From positions 558,001 to 622,000 of the forward strand of contig OZ025675.1 of the NCBI GenBank assembly GCA_964019335.1: a stretch of 64,000 nucleotides of DNA. Reading direction: 5' to 3'. Within the stretch, counting starts at the first letter, position 1. Each line of letters opens with the position of its first letter. Source of the stretch: Diplonema japonicum. Its lineage: Eukaryota; Protista; Euglenozoa: Diplonemea. Under the pieces are notes generated by a model. It did not search any database and was not told the DNA's origin. It was given only the letters and a program-made list of their open reading frames with translations. Positions 1-10,345 of this stretch are shown here, piece after piece. The position numbers and the translations under genes were made by a program.

Positions 1-104
1 TTAAATAAAATAAAAAAGAAACACACAAGGAAAAGATAAAATATATGACCTTTTTTTTTTTGCATTTCAAAGAAAATAAAACAAATGAAAATTTATAAAA
101 AAAA

Positions 105-632
105 TAACTATTTATTGCCAACAAATAATGAGTCATTATTTAACTCGAGTTCCCGAATTTTTTGCACGAGGGCCCGCAGGGCCCGAGTGCAAAAAAACGG
201 GTAACGAGTGTTAAATAATGGCTCATTTGGCGGCAAGTAAGTCGTTTTATTTCACTCTTCGTCATTTGAGTCACTCACTCTTCACTGCTTTCACTGCTGT
301 TTTTTTTCACGCAGGTCAGCTTTTTGGGGATTTTCCTAAGGTAATACAGGGTAGCTATTTCGCCGTGGCATTTAAAGGGGAAGTAAGGCACTTATTCCCA
401 CTTTTAAGGGCTGGAATGGCCTCAGATGGCCAAAAATAGTCAAAATACCCCCACCCCAAAAAAATTTTTCAAGGGGTTGGGTGCATTTTTTTCCACGACA
501 AGACCCATTTTTTCACTCTGAAGGGCCATTATTTAACTGCAAAATCTCATTATTTAACTAGTTAAATAATGGCCATTTCGCGTTAAATAATGAGGCCCCT
601 AGTGAGTGAAGAAGAAATGACGAAGAGTGAAA

Positions 633-633
<1 letters not shown>
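105..633 (+). mobile_element. Non-autonomous repeat element, family A copy 1 (long terminal hairpin plus internal/terminal inverted repeat)
   Basis: Near-identical to 27016-27584. Imperfect palindrome ~115-236 centred on gggccc-gca-gggccc; ttttatttcactcttcgtcattt (245-267) is inverted at 615-637; flanked by A-runs. Confidence 0.85.
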
Positions 634-663
<30 letters not shown>

Positions 664-908
664 AAAGACAAAAAAAAAAAAGTAATACGAAGGTTTCTTA
701 ATAAAAAAGTAAAGTAAAAGTTAAAAACAAAAAAAGAAAGCACTCTTAATGAAAAGGGGTCTTTTCCTTTTTTTTTTTTTTTTTTTTTCTCCGATAAGTA
801 TAAAAATATAGTGATTCACAAGGATGTCTAGCGCATTCAGAATTTCATTTCTTCTTCGTTTTTCGTTTTCGCTTCATGTAGTTCATTACTTTTTCTTCAC
901 CTACCCAC

Positions 909-3900
909 CTAAACAGATGCGTGCTCCCTTGGGCCTTGGTTCATCTGTGTAGGTTCTACTTCACTGACCCCATCGATGAACTCCTGCATGGTCACGTCAC
1001 CCTGGTGCCTCTTCCACACAGTGAAGGCCAGGCCACCACAGGCCGCGAGTGAAGCAGCGATGATGAGGAGCCAAATCCATGCGGGGGTGCTTGAGGAGGA
1101 GCTTTCTTCAACAGGCGTCTTGTCGTTCCCGCCAGCTGCCTGCAGGTTCAAGGGGGAGAGGGCGTAGCCATCGCACCCCAGGAGAACGGGGCCTCCCCTG
1201 TTGCTCACACCCGACCCGTCCATGCAGCTGCACGTGTAGTCCTTCAGGCTGTTCTTTGTCTTCCTCCCCTCCACACACTTCTCCCCATCCCCGCACGGGT
1301 TCCCCAGGCACTCGTCCAGGGTGTCGCAGTTCGCCACCTTCGTTCCCTTCATTGTCTTGCCCGAGCCCGCGCAGCTGCACACGTAGTCCCCCAGCGTCGC
1401 CATCCCTGTTGCATCCGTGCACTCCTGGCCTCCACACGGGTCGCTGCTGCACTCCGTCTTCATCGTGCATGTTGTTGCCCGCCCCACTGTGCTGTGGCCC
1501 TCGTAGCCCACCTTGCACGAGCACACGAAGTCGTGCAGCGAGTTCTTCTTCGTGTTCTTGTCTTCGCAGTCTTGGAAGTCCCCGCACACAGCCTGTCCCG
1601 CCTTGCACTCGTCCTTCACACCACACGAGGCGACGGGCGCGCCGACCTTCGTCTCTTCCGATTCCTCACAGGTGCACATGAAGTCCCCCTCGGTGCTCAT
1701 CCCTGTCGGGTCGTAGCACTCCTGCCCGTTGCATGGGTGCTTTGCGCACTCGTCGTCGTGTGTCACAGGCGCCGCAGTCGTCGGTGGCGACACAGGGGCA
1801 TCCGTCGCAGGCTGTGGTGTTGTTATTGTTATTATTATTATTATACTTTTGAAAGCACATACCACAGGGCAGTCCGACACAGGGGCGGCCGTCATCGTCT
1901 TGTTGTTCGTGTTGCAGGTGCACACGAAGTCCTTCTTGCTGCTCACCACAGGGGACGGGTCGTTGCACATCTGGTTCTTCCCACAGGGAGCGGGGTCCGC
2001 CTGGCACTCGTCGAAGTCCGTGCAGCCAGCAACAGGGCCACCTGTCTTGGTCGTCCCCTTCGACTTGCAGGTGCACACGAAGTCCCCAGTGGTCGCAGCC
2101 CCAGTCGGGTCGCTGCACTCCTGACCGTCGCAAGGGTTCGTCGAGCACTCGTCCGCAGGTGCCATCGTCATGGGTGCCTCGGTGTCGGGGGCGTTCGTGT
2201 CCCCAGCACAGTTTGCAGCCCCGCCCACCTTGCTGGCGTTGATCTTCTCGCCGTTCGGGCCGTCTTTGCAGCTGCACACGAAGTCCAGGGTGGAGCCAGG
2301 AGAGGTGTTGGGGTCGCTGCACTCCTGAGTGAGGACAGGGCAGGGTGAGAGGCTCTGGCCCTTCGCCTTGCACTCGTCGTACACACAGGTGGCGGGACCC
2401 CCAGTCATCGTCCCTTCCCCAACACTGCAGCTGCACATGAAGTCCCCGTCCTTGTTCAAGTCAGGGTCGCTGCAGACCTGGAAGTCCCCGCAAGGCTTGC
2501 TCGCGCACTCCCCAGTCGTCTCGCACTCCGCAGGTCCCCCCACCATCGACACCCCGTTGGGGCATGTGCACACGAAGTCGTTCAGGCTGTCCGCCGCGGG
2601 GTTCGGGTCGCTGCAAGTCTCCGTCACCTCGGGGTGTCCCACCCATGTGCAGGGGCTCCCCACGTTCCCGACAGCGCACTCGTCACACTTCTCCACAGGG
2701 GCCCCCTTGTTGTGCTCCGATCCGAAGGGGCAGCTGCACTCGAAGTCTCCAGTCACGAGCATGTTTGGGTCCTCGCAGCCCTGTCCGGTACCGCAAGGGT
2801 TTGTCACACACTCGTCTGTCCCGCAGTTCGGTACTGCCTGGCCAGTCACGTTGAGGAGTGTCTTGATGCAGGTGCAGGTGAAGTCGTTCTTGCTCCCAGC
2901 TGCCGTGTCAGGGTCGTTGCAAGACTGCTCGGCACCACAGGGTTTCGCATTGCACTCATCCTTCGCACACCTCGCAGGGCCGTCAACCTGAACAATCGTG
3001 GTGTCCTCGTCACAGGTGCAGGTGAAGTCGTGCTGGCTGGTCTTCGCCTTGTTGGGGTCGTTGCAGGTCTGACCAGTCCCACAAGGAGCAGGTGTCCTCA
3101 TACATTCGTCGATCTCACAGGTGGCCGAGGTACCAGTAGCAACAACACCGTTGGTACAGGTGCAGGTGTAGTCGTTCAGGTCCTTGAGGCCGGTGTTGGG
3201 GTCGTTGCAGGTCTGACCAGTCCCACAAGGGTCTGAATCGCACTCGTTCTTCTCACACCTTGCAGGGCCGTCCAGTTGGACGATGGCGGTGTCTGCATCA
3301 CAGGTGCAGGTGAAGTCGTGTTGGCTTGTCTTCGCCTTGTTGGGGTCGTTGCAGGTCTGACCCATCCCACAAGGAGCAGGGGTCTTCGCGCACTCGTCGA
3401 TCTCACAGGTGGCCGAGGTACCGGTCGCAACAACACCGTTGCTGCAGGTGCAGGTGTAGTCGTTCATGTTGTTCAGCCCGATGTTCGGGTCGTTGCAAGT
3501 CTGCCCGGTACCACAAGGCTTCGCATCGCACTCGTCTCTCTCGCACTTCGCAGGGCCGTCCGTGCGAACGATGGTGGTGTCAGCATCACAGGTGCAGGTG
3601 AAGTCGTGCTGGCTCGTCTTCGCCTTGTTGGGGTCGTTGCAAGTCTGACCCATGGGACAAGGGTTGGGAGTTGCCGCACACTCATCGATCTCACAGGTGG
3701 CCGAGGTACCAGTTGCGACGACGCCGTTGGTGCAGGTGCAGGTGAAGTCGTTCAGCTTCGTGAGAAGGGTGTCGGGGTCGTTGCAGGTCTGCCCAGTCCC
3801 ACAAGGCATCGAATCGCACTCGTCCTTCACACACCTCGCAGGACCATCCACTTTGACGATGGTGGTGTCAGCATCACAGGTGCAGGTGAAGTCGTGTTGG

Positions 3901-6900
3901 CTTGTCTTCGCCTTGTTGGGGTCGTTGCAGGTCTGACCCGAACCACATGGGGATTTCGTTCCCGAACTGCTGGATCCACCGACAGGAGGTGCAGGGGGGA
4001 CATTGCATTCATCGATCTCACAGGTAGCAGAGGTACCAGTTGCAACAACACCGTTGGTGCAGGTGCAGGTGAAGTCGTTCATACTCTTCAGACCAGTGTC
4101 AGGGTCGTTGCAGGTCTGACCAGTCCCACAAGGAGTAGCATCACACTCATCCTTCACACACCTGGCAGGGCCGTCCACCTTTACAATCGTGGTGTCAGCA
4201 TCACAGGTGCAGGTGAAGTCGTGTTGGCTGGTCTTCGCCTTGTTCGGGTCGTTGCAAGTCTGACCAGTCCCACAAGGAGCAGGTGTTTTCGCACATTCAT
4301 CGATCTCACAAGTTGCGGAGGTACCAGTCGCTACAACACCGTTGGTGCAGGTGCAGGTGAAGTCGTTCATGCTCTTTAAACCAGTGTCGGGGTCGTTACA
4401 TGTCTGACCAGTCCCACAAGGCTTCGCATCGCACTCATCCTTCACACACCTTGCAGGACCATCCACCTTTACGATGGTTGTGTCAGCATCACAGGTGCAG
4501 GTGAAGTCGTGCTGGCTAGTCTTCGCTTTGTTGGGGTCATTACAGGTCTGACCGGTTGGGCACGGAGCTGGTGTTGCCGCACACTCATCAATCTCACAAG
4601 TGGCGGAGGTACCAGTAGCAACAACACCATTGCCGCAGGTGCAGGTGAAGTCATTCACGCTTTTCAGCCCAACATCAGGGTCGTTGCAAGTCTGACCCAT
4701 CCCACAGGGCATGGCATCACACTCGTCTTTGACACACCTGGCAGGACCATCAACCTTAACAATGCTCGTATCAGCATCACAGGTGCAGGTGAAGTCGTGC
4801 TGCTTGTTCTTCGCCTTGTTGGGGTCGTTGCAGGTCTGACCAGTACCACAAGGAGCAGGAGTCTTCGCACACTCATCAATCTCACAAGTAGCGGAGGTAC
4901 CAGTAGCAACAACACCATTAGCACATGTGCAGGTGTAGTCGTTCATGCTCCTCAGACCAGTGTCAGGGTCATTGCAGGTCTGACCAGTCCCACAAGGAGT
5001 AGCACCACACTCATCCTTCACACACCTGGCAGGACCATCCACCTGAACAATTGTCATGTCAGCATCACAGGTGCAGGTGAAGTCGTGCTGTTTGTTCTTT
5101 GCCTTGTTGGGGTCGTTGCAGGTCTGACCCATGGGGCACGGAGCTGGAGTTTTCGCACACTCGTCAATCTCACAGGTGGCCGAGGTACCAGTCGCTACAA
5201 CACCGTTTGTACAGGTGCAGGTAAAGTCATTCAAGTTCTTCAGACCAGTGTTAGGGTCGTTACATGTCTGACCAGTCCCACAAGGAGTAGCATCGCACTC
5301 ATCCTTCACACACCTTGCAGGACCATCCGTCTGTACGATACTGTTGTCAGCAACACAGGTGCAGGTGAAGTCGTGCTGTTTGTTCTTCGCCTTGTTGGGG
5401 TCGTTGCAGGTCTGACCAGTCCCACAAGGAGCAGGAGTCTTCGCACATTCATCAATCTCACAAGTGGCCGAGGTACCAGTAGCAACAACACCATTGCCGC
5501 AGGTGCAGGTGAAGTCGTTGGTGTTGGAGACAGCAGTGTCTGGATCATTGCAAGTCTGCCCAGTCCCACAAGGCATGGCAGTACACTCGTCCAAGATGCA
5601 AGTGGCAGCACCACCAGTCATGGTCCCCGACTTGGGAGCCGTGCAAGTGCACACGTAGTCCATGAGCTTCGCGGCCGAAGTGTCGGCATCGCTGCAGGTC
5701 TGCCCAGCCCCGCACGGGTTGGCGTCGCACTCATCAAGAACACAGCTTGCCCCAGTGCCAGTCGCCGTCCCTGACCCGGTGGTGCAAGTGCACACGAAGT
5801 CCATCGAAGGGGCCGATGCCTTGTCAGGGTCTGTGCAGCTCTGCCCAGCGGGGCAGGGGGTCGAGGCACACTCGTCGTTCGAACCAGTGCTGCAGGTCGC
5901 AGGCCCACCGACATTCGTCATCATTGTGTTCGGGGCGGGGCACGTGCACACGAAGTCTTTCAGCACCGCCGCTGACTTGTTCGGGTCTTCACAAGTTTGC
6001 CCAGCAGCACAAGGGTTCGATGTGCACTCATCCTTCGTGCAGGTGGCCGGACCATCAGTCTTCACGATGCTCATATCATTGTCACAGGTGCAGGTGAAGT
6101 CGTGGAGCTTGTTGGCCGCAGTGTCTGGGTCGCTGCAGGTCTGACCAGTCCCACAGGGAGCAGGCATTGCAGTACATTCATCGTTGGTGCAGGTGGCAGG
6201 TCCGCCAGTTACCACAATTGTGCTACCAGTGCAAGTGCAGGTGTAGTCACCAGTGGAGCTCGGAGAGCTGTTCGGGTCTTTGCAGTCCTGCCCGGTACCG
6301 CAAGGGTTGCTGGTGCATTCATCTTTTGTGCAGGTGGCCGGACCATCGGTCTTCTTCACAGACATGTCATTATCGCAGGTGCAAACGAAATCGTGTAGTT
6401 TGTTGGCCGCAGTGTCAGGGTCGTTGCAAGTCTGACCAGTCCCACAAGGAGCAGGCATTGCAGTACACTCGTCGTTGGTGCAGGTGGCGGGACCACCAGT
6501 CACCTTGATGGTTGTCCCGGTGCAAGTACAGGTGTAGTCACCAGTGGAGCTAGGTGAAGGGTTCGGGTCGCTGCAGTCCTGTCCAGTCCCACAAGGGTTC
6601 GAGGTACACTCGTCCTTCGTGCAAGTGGCGGGACCATCAACCTTCTTCACAGACATGTCGTTGTCACAGGTGCAGGTGAAGTCGTGAAGCTTGTTGGCCG
6701 CTGTGTCTGGGTCATTACAGGTCTGACCAGTCCCACAGGGAGCAGGCATTGCAGTGCACTCGTCGTTGGTGCAAGTGGCGGGACCACCAGTAACCTTGAT
6801 TGTTGTTCCAGTGCAAGTGCAGGTGTAGTCACCAGTGGAACTCGGTGAGTTGTTGGGGTCGTTGCAGTCCTGCCCAGTGCCGCAGGGGCCGGTCGAGCAC

Positions 6901-9845
6901 TCATCCTTCGTGCAGGTGGCCGGACCATCAACCTTCTTCACAGACATGTCATTGTCACAGGTGCAGGTGAAGTCGTGGAGCTTGTTGGCCGCCGTGTCAG
7001 GGTCATTGCAGGTTTGACCAGTCCCACAAGGAGCAGGCATTGCAGTGCACTCGTCGTTGGTGCAGGTTGCGGAACCACCAGTAACCTTGATGGTTGTTCC
7101 AGTGCAAGTGCAGGTGTAATCACCAGTGGAGCTGGGTGAGTTGTTGGGGTCGTTGCAGTCCTGTCCAGTTCCACAGGGGTTGGTCGAACACTCATCCTTC
7201 GTGCAAGTAGCCGGACCGTCCGTCTTTACAACCGACTTGTCGTTGTCACAAGTGCAGGTGAAGTCGTGGAGCTTGTTGGCCGCAGTGTCAGGGTCATTAC
7301 AGGTCTGACCAGTCCCACAAGGAGCAGGCATTGCCGTGCACTCGTCGTTGGTGCAGGTGGCGGGACCACCAGTAACCTTGATGGTTGTTCCAGTACAGGT
7401 GCAGGTGTAGTCACCAGTGGAGCTGGGTGAGTTGTTGGGGTCGTTGCAGTCCTGCCCAGTCCCACAGGGGTTGGTCGAGCACTCATCCTTCGTGCAGGTG
7501 GCCGGACCGTCAGTCTTCTTCACCGACTTGTCATTGTCACAGGTGCAGGTGAAGTCGTGAAGCATGTTGGCCGCAGTGTCAGGGTCATTACAGGTCTGAC
7601 CAGTCCCACAAGGAGCAGGCATTGCCGTGCACTCGTCGTTGGTGCAGGTGGCCGGACCACCAGTAACCTTGATGTTCGTCCCGGTGCAAGTGCAGACGTA
7701 GTCTCCCGTAGAGCTCGGTGAGGCGTCAAGATCTTTGCAGTCCTGCCCGTTACCGCAAGGGTTGCTGGTACACTCATCCTTCGTGCAAGTGGCGGGACCA
7801 TCAACCTTCTTCACAGACATGTCATTGTCACAGGTGCAGGTGAAGTCGTGGAGCTTGTTGGCCGCTGTGTCAGGGTCATTGCAAGTCTGACCAGTCCCAC
7901 AGGGAGCTGGTGTGGCTGTGCACTCGTCGTTGGTACAGGTGGCCGGACCACCAGTAACCTTGATGGTTGTTCCAGTACAGGTGCAGGTGTAGTCACCAGT
8001 GGAACTGGGTGAGTTGTTGGGGTCGTTGCAGTCCTGCCCGGTCCCACAGGGGTTGGTCGAGCACTCATCCTTCGTGCAGGTGGCCGGACCGTCCGTCTTC
8101 TTCACCGACTTGTCATTGTCACAGGTGCAGGTGAAGTCGTGGAGCTTGTTGGCCGCTGTGTCAGGGTCGTTACAAGTCTGACCAGTCCCACAAGGAGCAG
8201 GCATTGCAGTGCACTCGTCGTTGGTGCAGGTGGCGGGACCACCAGTAACCTTGATTGTTGTTCCAGTACAGGTGCAGGTGTAGTCACCAGTGGAACTAGG
8301 TGCTGTGTCGGGGTCGTTGCAGTCCTGTCCCGTACCGCAAGGGTTGCTGGTGCACTCGTCCTTCGTACAGGTAGCCGGGCCGTCCGTCTTCTTCACAGAC
8401 ATGTCGTTGTCACAGGTGCAGGTGAAGTCGTGGAGCACGTTTGCAGAGGTGTCGGGGTCCTTGCAGGTCTGACCAGTCCCACAAGGCTTCGCATCACACT
8501 CATCGGTGGTGCAAGAGGCGGGGCCGCCGGTGGTCTTGATCGTTGTACCGGTGCAAGTGCAGGTGTAGTCGCTGGTAGAACCAGGGGAGGTGTCAGGGTC
8601 CTTGCAGTCCTGTCCAGTACCACAGGGGTTCGTGGTGCACTCATCCTTCGTGCAGGTGGCCGGACCGTCCGTCTTCACAACACTCATGTCGCTGTCGCAG
8701 GTGCAGGTGAAGTCGTGGGACTTGCTGGCCGCAGTGTCGGGGTCGTTGCAGGTCTGCCCGGTACCGCAAGGAGCAGGGGTCGCTGCGCACTCGTCGATGG
8801 TGCAGGTGGGCTGCGAACCGGTCGCCTTCGTCGCCGTGTCAGAGGTACAGGTGCACACGTAGTCGTTGGAGGCGGTCTGGTCGGGGTCGTTGCAGGTCTG
8901 GTCGGAGCCGCACGGGTTGGAAGAGCACTCATCGGTCGTCGGCGGGCTGTTCTTGCACCCAGTGGCCGCCGTGTTGGGTTTCCCGACGTTCTTGAAGTAG
9001 TCCTTTCCTGCTCCCATGCTTCCGAAGTTTCCTGCGCTGAAGTAGTTGCACATGAAGTACACGCTGGTCATCGAGCCCGACTTCACGTGGCACAGGGCGC
9101 ACCCGATCTCAGTGCTGTCCTTCCAAGCGACCTGTGTCATGTGTCCCGTTGTACCGGTGTTCGAGGCCGTGTCGTAGTTCCAGCATCCCTCCTCACCGCA
9201 GAACCAGGAGTTCGTCCCGTCGGCCGTGTCGTAGTCGTGGACCATTGTCTGGCCGCCGACCATCGCGATGTTCTCGCCATAGCGCACCCCGTTGTTGCTG
9301 GGGGGGCTGTTGTGGGTGAGGGAGCCGGAGGAACAGGTTTTGGTGAAACCCTGACTGCTGATGGTGTATGAGGCGATGGTGTTGCTGTAGGTGAGGGGAC
9401 AGGCCCCGTGCTTGGCGCGAAGCTCGTTGTGCTTGTTGAGCACCTGGTCAATCTGCCACTGCGAGAGCTCCGTGTAGCAAGGGGTCCCCGTCGCAGCACC
9501 GCACTTCCCTGACCTTGGGGGTGCGGGTGTTGCCTTCTCGTCGTAGGTCCCAGGGGCACAGGAGCAAGCCTTGCACCCACCCATGTTCACGAGCTGCGGG
9601 CAGTCATAGTTGCCGTTCAGGAGGTCCTGGCACTTGTAGCCGCTGAACTCGTCTGTGCAGCTGCTGGCTCCCCCTGGCTTCTGGCACCACGCGAGCTTCG
9701 AGTCGCAGGCACCGCTTAACATTGCATCCCTCGACCCGTCCATCAGGTTGGACACCTCACGGCGTCCTATTGTCAGGTTGTACGGATTTTCAGCTGAGAA
9801 CACTGCCATGCTGCCAACAAAGGCAGTTGCGAGGAACGCTGCCAT
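909..9845 (-). CDS. Giant type I membrane protein: signal peptide, CAP/SCP (PR-1-like) domain, ~50 six-Cys EGF-like repeats, C-terminal TM helix; probable intron 1812-1862
   Basis: CAP motifs HNELRAKHG, GENIA, GHMTQVAW, CNY..AGN; ~48-aa repeats DEC...PCGTGQxCxDP...DFxCTC; TM AWIWLLIIAASLAACGGLAFTVW. The 51-nt GTATGT...CCACAG segment encodes an out-of-character IIIIII stretch and sits at the same junction as introns in the paralogue. Confidence 0.92.
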   Translation of the reverse strand: MAAFLATAFVGSMAVFSAENPYNLTIGRREVSNLMDGSRDAMLSGACDSKLAWCQKPGGASSCTDEFSGYKCQDLLNGNYDCPQLVNMGGCKACSCAPGTYDEKATPAPPRSGKCGAATGTPCYTELSQWQIDQVLNKHNELRAKHGACPLTYSNTIASYTISSQGFTKTCSSGSLTHNSPPSNNGVRYGENIAMVGGQTMVHDYDTADGTNSWFCGEEGCWNYDTASNTGTTGHMTQVAWKDSTEIGCALCHVKSGSMTSVYFMCNYFSAGNFGSMGAGKDYFKNVGKPNTAATGCKNSPPTTDECSSNPCGSDQTCNDPDQTASNDYVCTCTSDTATKATGSQPTCTIDECAATPAPCGTGQTCNDPDTAASKSHDFTCTCDSDMSVVKTDGPATCTKDECTTNPCGTGQDCKDPDTSPGSTSDYTCTCTGTTIKTTGGPASCTTDECDAKPCGTGQTCKDPDTSANVLHDFTCTCDNDMSVKKTDGPATCTKDECTSNPCGTGQDCNDPDTAPSSTGDYTCTCTGTTIKVTGGPATCTNDECTAMPAPCGTGQTCNDPDTAANKLHDFTCTCDNDKSVKKTDGPATCTKDECSTNPCGTGQDCNDPNNSPSSTGDYTCTCTGTTIKVTGGPATCTNDECTATPAPCGTGQTCNDPDTAANKLHDFTCTCDNDMSVKKVDGPATCTKDECTSNPCGNGQDCKDLDASPSSTGDYVCTCTGTNIKVTGGPATCTNDECTAMPAPCGTGQTCNDPDTAANMLHDFTCTCDNDKSVKKTDGPATCTKDECSTNPCGTGQDCNDPNNSPSSTGDYTCTCTGTTIKVTGGPATCTNDECTAMPAPCGTGQTCNDPDTAANKLHDFTCTCDNDKSVVKTDGPATCTKDECSTNPCGTGQDCNDPNNSPSSTGDYTCTCTGTTIKVTGGSATCTNDECTAMPAPCGTGQTCNDPDTAANKLHDFTCTCDNDMSVKKVDGPATCTKDECSTGPCGTGQDCNDPNNSPSSTGDYTCTCTGTTIKVTGGPATCTNDECTAMPAPCGTGQTCNDPDTAANKLHDFTCTCDNDMSVKKVDGPATCTKDECTSNPCGTGQDCSDPNPSPSSTGDYTCTCTGTTIKVTGGPATCTNDECTAMPAPCGTGQTCNDPDTAANKLHDFVCTCDNDMSVKKTDGPATCTKDECTSNPCGTGQDCKDPNSSPSSTGDYTCTCTGSTIVVTGGPATCTNDECTAMPAPCGTGQTCSDPDTAANKLHDFTCTCDNDMSIVKTDGPATCTKDECTSNPCAAGQTCEDPNKSAAVLKDFVCTCPAPNTMMTNVGGPATCSTGSNDECASTPCPAGQSCTDPDKASAPSMDFVCTCTTGSGTATGTGASCVLDECDANPCGAGQTCSDADTSAAKLMDYVCTCTAPKSGTMTGGAATCILDECTAMPCGTGQTCNDPDTAVSNTNDFTCTCGNGVVATGTSATCEIDECAKTPAPCGTGQTCNDPNKAKNKQHDFTCTCVADNSIVQTDGPARCVKDECDATPCGTGQTCNDPNTGLKNLNDFTCTCTNGVVATGTSATCEIDECAKTPAPCPMGQTCNDPNKAKNKQHDFTCTCDADMTIVQVDGPARCVKDECGATPCGTGQTCNDPDTGLRSMNDYTCTCANGVVATGTSATCEIDECAKTPAPCGTGQTCNDPNKAKNKQHDFTCTCDADTSIVKVDGPARCVKDECDAMPCGMGQTCNDPDVGLKSVNDFTCTCGNGVVATGTSATCEIDECAATPAPCPTGQTCNDPNKAKTSQHDFTCTCDADTTIVKVDGPARCVKDECDAKPCGTGQTCNDPDTGLKSMNDFTCTCTNGVVATGTSATCEIDECAKTPAPCGTGQTCNDPNKAKTSQHDFTCTCDADTTIVKVDGPARCVKDECDATPCGTGQTCNDPDTGLKSMNDFTCTCTNGVVATGTSATCEIDECNVPPAPPVGGSSSSGTKSPCGSGQTCNDPNKAKTSQHDFTCTCDADTTIVKVDGPARCVKDECDSMPCGTGQTCNDPDTLLTKLNDFTCTCTNGVVATGTSATCEIDECAATPNPCPMGQTCNDPNKAKTSQHDFTCTCDADTTIVRTDGPAKCERDECDAKPCGTGQTCNDPNIGLNNMNDYTCTCSNGVVATGTSATCEIDECAKTPAPCGMGQTCNDPNKAKTSQHDFTCTCDADTAIVQLDGPARCEKNECDSDPCGTGQTCNDPNTGLKDLNDYTCTCTNGVVATGTSATCEIDECMRTPAPCGTGQTCNDPNKAKTSQHDFTCTCDEDTTIVQVDGPARCAKDECNAKPCGAEQSCNDPDTAAGSKNDFTCTCIKTLLNVTGQAVPNCGTDECVTNPCGTGQGCEDPNMLVTGDFECSCPFGSEHNKGAPVEKCDECAVGNVGSPCTWVGHPEVTETCSDPNPAADSLNDFVCTCPNGVSMVGGPAECETTGECASKPCGDFQVCSDPDLNKDGDFMCSCSVGEGTMTGGPATCVYDECKAKGQSLSPCPVLTQECSDPNTSPGSTLDFVCSCKDGPNGEKINASKVGGAANCAGDTNAPDTEAPMTMAPADECSTNPCDGQECSDPTGAATTGDFVCTCKSKGTTKTGGPVAGCTDFDECQADPAPCGKNQMCNDPSPVVSSKKDFVCTCNTNNKTMTAAPVSDCPVVCAFKSIIIIITITTPQPATDAPVSPPTTAAPVTHDDECAKHPCNGQECYDPTGMSTEGDFMCTCEESEETKVGAPVASCGVKDECKAGQAVCGDFQDCEDKNTKKNSLHDFVCSCKVGYEGHSTVGRATTCTMKTECSSDPCGGQECTDATGMATLGDYVCSCAGSGKTMKGTKVANCDTLDECLGNPCGDGEKCVEGRKTKNSLKDYTCSCMDGSGVSNRGGPVLLGCDGYALSPLNLQAAGGNDKTPVEESSSSSTPAWIWLLIIAASLAACGGLAFTVWKRHQGDVTMQEFIDGVSEVEPTQMNQGPREHASV
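1812..1862 (-). other. Spliceosomal intron (51 nt, phase 0, stop-free)
   Basis: GTATGT...ACAACACCACAG, AT-rich, at the homologous GACTGCCCTG(T/C)G|GT junction. Confidence 0.8.
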
Positions 9846-10345
9846 CCTTTTTTTTATACTTTTTTTTTCCTTCTTTTTTTTCTTTTCAGGTGTATTACGC
9901 CCTAATGGTGAAATGCGGTGTGACCATGAGATGGCAGAAAGTGTGAAGAAATAGACATTGGCCTAGCTCGGTAGTTACTGCAAAACGAAATTGCTGTAGT
10001 TCCTACAGGTGTCTCAACTAGCAGTAGAAGTAAGCGGCGGAAGCGTTTCTACAAAATAAGAAAAAAAGAGGAAGACATGGAACATTACACGCAAAAATAA
10101 AAGAAATAGGAGAGCAAGGAGAGGCGACAAGGAAAAAAGGGGGAAAGAGAAGAAAAAAATAAGAAGAAAAGATATATGAGTTAAAGGAAGTCTTTGTGAG
10201 ACGCCCCCTTGTTCTCATCTTCTACCTGCACCTATCCCCTTTCAGCAGCGGTTTCTCCTCCTTTGGTGGTCTTGCCGGCCTTCTCCCCAGCCTGGCCGCT
10301 CTTTCTCTTCGTTCTCTCGCCCATTGTCCTTTCAACGCCTCTAGG

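Noticed and set aside
218-439. 73-aa ORF duplicated at 27129-27350
   Set aside because: Lies within the family A repeat; identity reflects repeat copying, with no protein features.
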